Shown here: positions 53,195 to 64,000 of the stretch, one piece after another
Layout of the letters: each line of letters opens with the position of its first letter
Numbering within the stretch: the stretch's first letter is position 1
DNA from: Eledone cirrhosa
Taxonomy: Eukaryota
Reading direction: 5' to 3'
NCBI GenBank assembly: GCA_964016885.1
Contig: OZ024766.1
Coordinates: 9,858,001-9,922,000, forward strand
Length of the DNA: 64,000 bases
The notes under the pieces: generated by a model
What the model saw: only the letters and a program-made list of their open reading frames with translations
Database searches by the model: none
Told to the model about the DNA's origin: nothing
Position numbers and translations under genes: made by a program

Positions 53195-54757
53195 GATATG
53201 GTTTTATAAATATAGTTTCCATTTGTTTAATATCGTATATCTACTCCAAATACTTGTCGAGTGCTTTATATCAGTTATAAAAATATTTGCTTGTTGTATC
53301 CCAACAATTTAAATAGAACTTGTACATATATATATATATATATGATGAAGACAATGAAATGTATTCAGGATATTGAGACTAGAAATATCTGGTATCATAC
53401 CCACCTATCTATCAGTCAATATATTGATCTTCTGTGATCAATCAACTCTCTGAAATGATTTTAAAACAATGAACTAATTAAGAATGTAACTCTGAGGTCT
53501 GTTTTATTTTCATTGTTCAACACACACATATATATATGTGGAAAAATGGACGTTAAATGATGATGATGATGATGATGAGTATATATATATATATATATAT
53601 ATGTAATATTCATCATTGTTTATCGTTTAACATCCACATTCCACGCTTGCATGGGTTTGGACGGGAGTTTTCCCACTTCAGGCAAGATTGGTTGTCTTGC
53701 TCGCATAGGACTGTCTGGCGGGTTTTCTACAGCTGGATGCCCTTCCTAACACCAACCACATTTACAGTGTGGGGCTGGGAGGTTTTTACCGTGTTGCCTA
53801 CACGGCCACATTACAGCGTGGACTGTGGGTTTTTTTGTCGTGACACCTACACGACCTCATTTGTTTCGGCCTGGATGTTGTGGCACCAACATAACTTCAC
53901 ATTGAAAGGGGTGGTGTGGATGGGGTGGGGGTGGCGAGACGGGAGTGTATTTTGTTAGAGGTGCCTACTGACTGTAGTAGGTTTCACTTTGTACTTAGGT
54001 AAGGCGGGTCTTCTGTATTACTGTGTAGTGCCAAAGATCTCGGTCCAGTGACATTGTCTTGGAGAGGTGTAAGTGTGTGAGGTCGGAATTTATCAAGTCG
54101 TCCCAGGTTTTTCTGGGTCTGCCTACTCCGTGGCTACCGTCTATCTTTATTGCCCTGCACTTTTTTATACAGCTGTCGTTCTATATATATATCATATGTG
54201 TGTGTATATTTAGGTGATGACACAGTAAAACTGTGGGGTGGGGGTGGTGGGACGGGGGTGTATTTTGTTAGGTGCCTACTGACTGTAGTAGGTTTTACTT
54301 TGTATTTAGGTAAGTTATTGCACCAGAGCACTGGCCACATATAAAATCTATGTTCTTAGTTAGCTTACCTGTGATCCCACTACATCTTTTATGCACCTAT
54401 ACTTTGCATTTGGGACATAAAATGGAGTTTCTACCTACGCCTTTCCTACACACTGAGCATGGCCATTTCCCGGAAGGGACCGGCGCCTTATTTTCTTTCC
54501 TACAAACTAGAACTTAGCCAGGTTAATTTTAAGGCCTTTTGATTCTAGGCTGTGCTTCCATGTTTGGAATTTCTTCTCTAGCTCGGCCATTGAGATATTA
54601 TATATATATTTGTGTGTATGTTCATACATCATATATCTTTATGCACACACACATGTATATATATATATATATATATATAATAAAAAATTGAACGGGAACA
54701 AAACAGAGAGGCAGTACGAACAAAGGTTTATTAGAGAGTGGGGTGGTGGTGGTGGGG

Positions 54758-54791
54758 AACGACGTTTCGGGCATATGCCCTTCTTCGGGAG
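54758..54791 (-). ncRNA. Degenerate minimal hammerhead (CCGAAGA core)
   Basis: Reverse complement reads CCGAAGA-AGGGC(ATAT)GCCC-GAAA-C-GTC; homolog of the 39592 motif with a U4C change. Confidence 0.4.
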
Positions 54792-55843
54792 AAAAGTGGG
54801 GGGAGGGTTCCGAGGGTGTGTGGTGGAGTGGTGGAGAGACAGTTAGAAAAGGGGGGGGTGGAAGGGGTACAAATAAAAATAAAAATAAACAAAATAAACA
54901 AGTGGTGGAAGGGTGTGGGGGGTGTAGGTGGGGGTCCGAGCAGGGAGGGCTGAAGGTGGTGTTTGTCTATGTGTGTAGGTGTACGTGTGTGTATATATAT
55001 ATGTATATATATAACGAAGGAAATGTGGTAAGGAACCAGGTGGACCATAACGCACCAAAGTACTCAATACTTAGGGTGGTAGAGTGGGTAATAGGAACGA
55101 GTAGGACCCCGACGGCTGAGCTCAAGCCGTTTCGACGGCTAATTCTGGACTAATTTAGTACAGAATTAGCAGTCTAAACGGCTTGAGCTCTGCCGTCGGG
55201 GTCCTACTCGTTCCTATATATATATGTATATATATAGAGAGAGAAAGAGAATGGAAAAATGGAAGTTAAACATTGTTGTTGATGATGATGATATATATAT
55301 ATATATAAGCAAAACATGACACACATATATATGTACACATATATATATATGAACACATACACATGCACACACACATACACATATATATATATGAACACAT
55401 ACACATGCACACACACATGTATATATATGTACACATACACACACATATATATATACACACACACACATACATATCTACATGTACACACACAAACATACAC
55501 ATATTCACCACACCTGTCTAAGCTAGCTGAGATTGATTAAAATATTATTATTGATCAGTATAGATTTCTTCAATAAAATATTAATGTACTTTCTAAGTGT
55601 ATATTTATTTTCAATTATAAACCATTATCATCATCATCATCACCATCTTTATTATTAGTATTGCCACCACCATCATCATCCCCATTATTAGTCTTATTAT
55701 AAACACCATGTACACTGGAATGTACGGTATCAGTCTTAATGAGTCAAAACTGTAGTGATTTCTAGAGGTTAGCTGAGGAGATGGGACGCTTTGTCATTCC
55801 ATTGATTTTTTTAAATTATCTTTGTCCTGTGCACTCCCTATTT

Positions 55844-55889
<46 letters not shown>

Positions 55890-55893
<4 letters not shown>

Positions 55894-56670
55894 ACTAAAG
55901 TTCTAGTATGTAGGAAGGAAAATAAGGCACAGGTCCCATCTGGGAAATGGCCATGCTCAGTGTGTAGGAAAGGAGTGGGCAGATATTCCATTTTATGTCC
56001 CAAATGCAAAGTATGGGTGCATAAAAGATGTAGTGGGATCACAGGTAAGCTATCTAAGAACGTAGATTTTATATGTGGCTGGTGCTCAGGTGCAATAAGA
56101 AGCAGCAAGTGCCCACAGGATACTAGCTCCCTCTATTGCCCAGATGGCTCGATAGAAATAGTGGACACCTTCCATTACCTGGGTGACAAAATCAGCAGTG
56201 GTGGAGGGTGCACTGAAAGTACAGTAGCTAGAGTCAGAACAGGATGGAAAAAGTTCAGAGAGCTTATACCACTATTGGCCGCTAAAGGTTTCTCTCTAAA
56301 AATGAAAGGCAGACTGTATGATGCCTGCATACGAAACAGCTATGTTACATGGCAGTGAGACATGGGCATTGTGTGCAGAGGATCTGCGCAGACTGGAGAG
56401 GAACGAAGCTTACATGCTCCACTGGATGTGTAATAGTAATATACGTGAACAGCAAAGCATAAATGAACTAAGTGAGAAATTAGATATAAGAGGGACCAGA
56501 TGCTGTTTACTCAAGAGAAGACTACGTTGGTATAGTCACGTGATGCACATGAAAGACGACAGCTGTATAAAAAAGTGCAGGGAAGTTACGGAGTAGGCAG
56601 ACCCAGAAAAACCTGGGACGATTTGATAAATTCTGACCTTACACATTTACACCTCTCTAAGACAATGTCA
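55890..56670 (+). mobile_element. RTE-clade LINE fragment (frameshifted) with Cys-rich finger inside the RT C-terminus
   Basis: KTKVLV...WPCSVCRKGVG...CPKCKVWVHKRCSG...CGWC...FHYLGD...GSETW; frameshift near 56335. Confidence 0.85.
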
Positions 56671-56769
56671 CTCATCAGATAAAGTTAGACGTTAAATGTT
56701 AAACGATGATGATGATGATATATCCAGGCCGAAACAAATGAGATCGTGTAGGTGTCACGACAAAAAAAC

Positions 56770-57335
56770 ACACAGTCCACGCTGTAAATGTGGCCGTGTA
56801 GGCAACACGGTAAAAACCTCCCAGCCCCACACTGTAAATGTGGTTGGTGTTAGGAAGGGCATCCAGCTGTAGAAAACCCGCCAGACAGTCCACGCTGTAA
56901 TGTGGCCGTGTAGGCAACACGGTAAAAACCTCCCAGCCCCACACTGTAAATGTGGTTGGTGTTAGGAAGGGCATCCAGCTGTAGAAAACCCGCCAGGCAG
57001 TCCACGCTGTAATGTGGCCGTGTAGGCAACACGGTAAAAACCTCCCAGCCCCACACTGTAAATGTGGTTGGTGTTAGGAAGGGCATCCAGCTGTAGAAAA
57101 CCCGCCAGACAGTCCACGCTGTAATGTGGCCGTGTAGGCAACACGGTAAAAACCTCCCAGTCCCACACTGTAAATGTGGTTGGTGTTAGGAAGGGCATCC
57201 AGCTGTAGAAAACCCGCCAGGCAGTCCACGCTGTAATGTGGCCGTGTAGGCAACACGGTAAAAACCTCCCAGCCCCACACTGTAAATGTGGTTGGTGTTA
57301 GGAAGGGCATCCAGCTGTAGAAAACCCGCCAGACA
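56770..57335. repeat. 112-bp tandem units from a SINE/RTE 3' region
   Basis: Five units here; three of the same at about 38185-38520. Confidence 0.85.
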
Positions 57336-57691
57336 GTCCTATGCGAGCAAGACAACCACTCTTGCCTCAAGTGGGAAAACCCCCGTCCAAACCCATGCAA
57401 GCGTGGAACACGGACGCTAAAGCTGATGATGATGATGATGATGTGCGCTTTTCCCTGCTTGCAAGGGTGGGACGGGAACTGATTCTGGCTTGATTTCTAC
57501 AGCTGGATGCCCTTCCTAACACCAACCTCATTTACAGTGAGTGCTGGGTGCTTTTTTGCCGTGGCACCTCCACGACCACTATACAGTGGAATGATAGGGA
57601 CCCCAGTCCCTATCATCTCATTTCTACAGCTGAGTAAACTGGAGCAATGTGAAATAAAGTGTCTTGCTCAAGGAAACAACACATCACACAC

Positions 57692-57722
<31 letters not shown>

Positions 57723-57926
57723 ATGTGTTGTTTCCTTGAGCAAGACACTTTATTTCACATTGCTCCAGTATATATATATATATTTAAGAGTTAAAGAAGG
57801 TTCAATGAATACATCAAAGAAAGAGTTTTACAATAGATTGGAAGCACTCAACAAAGAAAATGTTTTCCAGAGTTATTAATATTAATTCAAAATATTAACA
57901 AAATAGATATTCTTGTGATCAAGTAT

Positions 57927-57990
57927 ATTTTATTTACATATTTCAAAGGTACTGAGTTAAGTTCAACAGTACGTCCTCATCAGATAAAAT
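57927..57990 (-). ncRNA. Degenerate hammerhead, same family as 19531
   Basis: Reverse complement reads CTGATGA-GGAC-GTACTG...CAGTAC-CTTT-GAAA-TATGTAA; cleavage triplet altered. Confidence 0.45.
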
Positions 57991-58045
57991 AAAATGATAC
58001 ATGACATACCCTGACATGGTAGATGGTTAAGATTCAATCAAGGTA

Positions 58046-58085
<40 letters not shown>

Positions 58086-58109
58086 ATGCTAAACGATGAT
58101 GATGATATA

Positions 58110-58140
<31 letters not shown>

Positions 58141-59043
58141 GTATACGTGTGTATTAATATTAATAATGGGGATTGTGGTGGTGATGGTGGTAGTACTAAT
58201 GTTGTTGGTGGTGTGGTGGTGGTGGTGTTGATGGTGCTAGTATTGATATAGGATGATGGTGGTGGTGGTGGTGGTGGTGTTTGCTACCATGACCAGCACT
58301 CCCCCATCATTGATATTAATACTTCTACACAACCACCCCCATTAATTCTACCCTTTCGCCGACACCACCACTACCGTTACCCCCTCCCGCCCTCGCCCGG
58401 ACACCACCACCACCACCACCACTACAGCTGACACCAAGCCACCTCCACTAACACTACCACCACCACCACTAACATCACCACCATCAGTAACTCCACCACC
58501 ACCATCACTAACTCCACCACCACCACCACCACCACCACCAACACCATTAGTACCACCACAATGGACCAAATAACATTTGCATGATTTATTGACCAGATAA
58601 GTTAAACACCCTCCTCCCCCCACCCCCCTCTCACTGATTGACCAGCTTTTAGTAGGTTATCAAGATAACACAGGCTTTGTGTATATACAATGTATAGTAT
58701 ATATATATATATAACACCATTGCATTAAACCCTTTTGTATGGTTTGTGTGTGTGTGTATATATATATGTATTGAAATTTCCATTGAAAACAGAAAAGGTC
58801 ATAGAAGTGAAGAGTGCTCTATGTAAGTATCAGAGCAAAATTTAATGTATATATATATATGATCAAGGCATACCATAATTTAATTTGGTGTCCCTGAAAT
58901 ATGTATGGTGGAATAAATATGGTTTTATAGATGTGGTTTCCATTTATTAATATCGTATATCTACTCCAAATACTTGTCAAGTGCTTTATATCAGTTATAA
59001 AAATATTTACTTGTTGTATCCCAACAATTTTAAATAGAACTTT

Positions 59044-59111
<68 letters not shown>

Positions 59112-59359
59112 TATATGTAGGAGTTGTATTTAATTTGTTGGAAGTCCGACAAACATAAATGTTTATAACTGATTTAGAGCACTCAACAAATTACTGGAAT
59201 AAATATTCCATGATATTAAATAAAGTGAATTTCCAACCGATAAGGAAGAATTTTCATGGGTATGTGAGTGCTGGGTGCTTTTTCGTGGCGCCTACATGTC
59301 CACTTTACAGTGTGGGCTGGGTGCTTTTTTTGCCGTGGCACCTCCACGACCACCTTGCG

Positions 59360-59820
59360 GTGGGAGGGTGTGGGGGCATATTGTCTATATGCTTCAGCTT
59401 GTACCAATGGGAGGTTGGGTACTCTGTATTACTGCATGACGCCAGAGGTCACGGTCGTGTGTCATTGCCTTGTAGAGGTGTAACTGGGTAAGGTCGGCTT
59501 TTATCATCTCATCCCAGGTCATCTTGGGTCTCCCCACTCCGCGGGTTCCATCAACTTCTAGTGCTCTGCACCTTTTTATGCAGCTGTCATCCTTCATACG
59601 CATCACATGTCCATACCAGCGCAACCGCCTCTCCTGCACACAGCATTTGATTCCTCTTATGCTCAGTCTCTCTCTCAATTCATTTATGCTTTGTCGTTCA
59701 TGTATATTACTGTTACACATCCATCGGAGCATGCAGGCTTCGTTTCTCCCTAATCTACGTAAGCCTTCCACCTTCAGCGCCCAGGTCTCACTACCATGCA
59801 ACATTGCTGTTCGGATACAC
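59360..59820 (-). mobile_element. RTE-clade LINE 3' fragment
   Basis: MLHGSETW...RRLRWYGHV...GRPKMTW. Confidence 0.85.
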
Positions 59821-59889
59821 ACATCATTGATTGTCATTTACATTGTGTGTATGTGTATGTACTGATGTATATATATATATACATGTAAG

Positions 59890-60410
59890 TTCAATTCTCA
59901 GACTGGGTGATGTGTTGTTTCCTTGAGCAAGACACTTTATTTCACAATGGAGGCACATGGCTTAGTGGTTAGAGCATTGGCCTTGCAATCGAAAGGTTGT
60001 GAGTTCAATTCTCAGACCGGGTGATGTGTTGTTTCCTTGAGCAAGACACTTTATTTCACAATGGAGGCACATGGCTTAGTGGTTAGAGCATTGGCCTTGC
60101 AATCGAAAGGTTGTGAGTTCAATTCTCAGACCGGGTGATGTGTGGTTTCCTTGAGCAAGACACTTTATTTCACATTGCTCCAGTTTACTCAGCTGTAGAA
60201 ATGAGATGATAGGGACTGGGGTCCCTATCATTCCACTGTAAAGTGGTCGTGGGGGTGCCACGGCAAAAAAGCACCCAGCACTCACTGTAAATGAGGTTGG
60301 TGTTAGGAAGGGCATCCAGCTGTAGAAATCAAACCAGAATCTGTTCCCGTCCCACCCTTGCAAGCAGGGAAAAGTGGGACGTAAAATGAAATGATGATGA
60401 TGATGAAAAT
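59890..60410 (+). mobile_element. SINE family A with tandemly reiterated tRNA-like head
   Basis: The ~115-bp head segment occurs at about 59890 (partial), 59949 and 60063. Confidence 0.8.
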
Positions 60411-60422
60411 GATGTACAGATG

Positions 60423-60462
<40 letters not shown>

Positions 60463-60651
60463 CTACCAAGTCGTACTCAATTTTGTGAGGCTGTAGTTCA
60501 TATATTATGTATCAACCCTTCCCACCATTGAACAATGAATGGTTTTACACAAGTCCCAACCCTTAACCGCCATTCATCTAACCACCACAGACCAATACGC
60601 CAGCACCCTGGCCCTCTAGGGAGACAGCTTTAGTGCTCTTGTCCTTCATGC

Positions 60652-60690
<39 letters not shown>

Positions 60691-60708
60691 TGTATAGGTG
60701 TGTATATA

Positions 60709-60745
<37 letters not shown>

Positions 60746-60778
60746 TAAATGATATATATATATGCAGATTATACAAAT

Positions 60779-60816
<38 letters not shown>

Positions 60817-61139
60817 GCACAGATATGTCACCATCCCACTCTCAAGAGCGTGAAATTAATAAACCTTTGTTCGTACTGCCTCTTTGTTTTGTTCCTGTTC
60901 AATTTTTCACTATATATATATATATATTTGTACACATAGATACAAATATATATATATGTGTGTCTGTGTATATACACATACACACACATTCATATATGTG
61001 CATATATATTTGTATGTACATAGGAAAATAAAAAAATCAATATCACCATTGTATTAGAAAAGGATTGATTACCCCACCCCCACCCCCACCACTACTATTG
61101 CATAAAAAAATCAATAATAATAATAACAACTACAACGAT

Positions 61140-62275
61140 AATAATAACCGACAAATAGATGCAAATAGAGCTGATATAATACCGAAGGACTTTAAAAAGA
61201 GGGTATGCCTGCTAATTGATATGTCCGTTCCTATAGACACAGAATGTATCAATAAAAACATTTGGAGATAGAGATTGGAAAGATCTGGAAGTTGAGGACT
61301 AAAACAATACCAGTGGTTGTAGGCGCTCTAGGAATGATACCTAAGGGGTCTAATGATTACTTATCCCAAATACCAGGGAGCCGCGTATAGCAGAAATACA
61401 AAAGCTAGTACTAATGGGAACTGGCCATATACTAAGGAAGGTTCTGTCAATATAAGTACATCACAAGTCTAAACACCTAAAGATACATGTATGTGTGTAT
61501 GTGTTCCTTCTTGAACATGGTGGACCTTGTTGTCTCTTGAGGTCACTGGTTGTGACTTGGTGATAACTCGTATGAATATAAAGCAAGATAAATGGAATGA
61601 CAATAATAATAATAGAATACAAAAGATAGTACTAATGGGAACTGGCCATATACTAAGGAAGGTTGTGTCAATATAAATACATCACAGGTCTAAACACCTA
61701 AAGATGCATGTATGTGAGTATGTGTTCTTTCTTGAACATGGTGGACCTTGTTGTCTCTTGAGGTCACTGGTTGTGACTTGGTGATAACTCGTATGAACAT
61801 AAAGCAAGATAAATGCAACTGTAATAATATTAATAGAATACAAAAGATAGTACTAATGAGAACTGGCCATATACTAAGGAAGATTCTGTCAATATAAGTA
61901 CATCACAAGTCTAAACACCTAAAGATGCATGTATGTGTGTATATGTTCCTTCTTGAACATGGTGGACCTTGTTGTCTCTTGAGGTGACTGGTTGTGTCTT
62001 GGTGATAACTCGTATGAACATAAAGCAAGATAAATGCAACTGTAATAATATTAATAGAATACAAAAGATAGTACTAATGAGAACTGGCCATATACTAAGG
62101 AAGATTCTGTCAATATAAGTACATCACAAGTCTAAACACCTAAAGATGCATGTATGTGTGTATATGTTCCTTCTTGAACATGGTGGACCTTGTTGTCTCT
62201 TGCGGTCACTGGTTGTGTCTTGGTGATAACTCGTATGAACATAAAGCAAGATAAATGGAATGACAATAATAATAA
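61140..62275 (+). mobile_element. RLE-endonuclease non-LTR retrotransposon 3' end (R4/Dong-like) with 4 tandem ~220-bp 3' units
   Basis: NRADII...CLLIDMSVP...KTIPVVVGALG...IQKLVLMGTGHILRKVLS; flanked by (AAT)n. Confidence 0.75.
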
Positions 62276-62877
62276 TTGTTTCTCCTTTTGGCACAAGGCC
62301 AGCAATTATCCAAGTGTATTACTGGTACTTTATTTTATCGACCCCGTAAGGATGAAAGGCAAAGTTAACCTTAGAGGGATTTGAACTCAGACCGTAAAGG
62401 GACATAACTATGCTGGAAAGCATGGCGTCCGACTCTCTACCGATATTGCCAATCTACTTTAAATATATATATACACTAACACACGCATATATATATATAC
62501 ACACACATATATATATACACACACACACATATATATATATGCACACAACACACATACATATACACACACACACACACATATATATTTACAAACACACACA
62601 CAACACACATATATATATATACACACACACATATATATGCACACAACACATACATATATACACATACACACACACATATATTTACAAACACACACACAAC
62701 ACACATATATATATATACACACAAACACATACATATATATATATATATATACATACACACACACACACACATAAATATATACAAACACATACACAACACA
62801 TATATATATACACACACACACATATATTCACAAACATACACACACACACCTATATATTCACAAACACACACACAGAC

Positions 62878-62916
<39 letters not shown>

Positions 62917-63025
62917 CACTATATATACAATGAAGCGAACCAGACAGTTGGGTACGAATATAATTAGGTTAAGTAAATATACACACACATGTGTGTGCAT
63001 ATATATATATATATATGTATGTATG

Positions 63026-63076
<51 letters not shown>

Positions 63077-63337
63077 ATATATATATATGTATGTACATAT
63101 ATATATATATATGTGTGTGTGCGTGTGTACATATATATATATATACAGATATATATATATATATCTGTATATATATATATATATATATCTGTATATATAT
63201 ATATGTATATATATATATACAGATATATATATACAGATATATATATATAAATATATATATGCATACATATATTCTTACACACACACACACACTCAATGTA
63301 TACCTTTGTGTTTTTCCTAAGTCGCAGGGACAAAGAT

Positions 63338-64000
63338 ATCACCACCACCACCACCACCACCTCCAACATCACCACCACCACCTCCACCAACATCACCACC
63401 ACCACCACCACCTCCAACATCACCACCACGACCATCACCACCATCACCTCCACCAACATCAACACAACCACCACCCTCACCACCAACACCATTACCACCA
63501 TCATTACCATCATCACAAACCACCACCACTATCATCGACATCAACACAACCACCGCCCTCACCACCACCACCAACAACAACACTACCCTCATCACCACCA
63601 CCGCCACCACCATCACCACCACCACCACCACTATCAACAACATCCCCATCAACACAGCCACCACTATCAACAATATCACCACCACCAACAACAACAACAC
63701 TACCCTCATCACCACCACTGCCACCACCATCACCACCACCACCAACACTACCCTCATCACCACCACTATCAACAATATCACCACCACCACCACCACCAAC
63801 AACACTACCCTCATCACCACCACCACCACCACCACTATCAACAACATCACCATCAACACTGCCACCACTATCAACAATATCACCACCACCACCAGCACCA
63901 CCACCACAAACATCATCACCACCACTGCCACCATAACCATCACTACGATCACCACCACTAGCATCAACACCAACACAACCACCATCATCACCAGCAACAA
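63338..64000. repeat. (CAC/CAT/CAA)n trinucleotide low-complexity tract
   Basis: Direct reading. Confidence 0.9.

Overview
Eukaryotic, repeat-dense genomic DNA. The SINE/LINE repertoire and TA/CA microsatellite load suggest a coleoid cephalopod (octopod); this is an inference. I reconstructed one complete minus-strand protein-coding gene by hand: a MAK/ICK(CILK1)-family ciliary Ser/Thr kinase with 12 coding exons from ATG 46602 to TGA 5745. Its CDS is 1779 nt (592 aa), all introns are GT-AG with consistent phases, and it has a TDY activation loop and a polyQ tract. Introns and flanks contain two tRNA-derived SINE families, RTE, CR1/L2-type and RLE-type LINE fragments, piggyBac-, mariner- and Helitron-like non-autonomous elements, and minisatellites grown from inside these elements. 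The most striking unannotated signal is about 10 core-intact type-I hammerhead ribozyme motifs (Penelope/retrozyme-like), plus degenerate copies. Several sit inside long fold-back palindromes, so a sense-strand ribozyme in the kinase pre-mRNA is paired with its own antisense copy. Almost all long ORFs in the supplied track are microsatellite or minisatellite artefacts.
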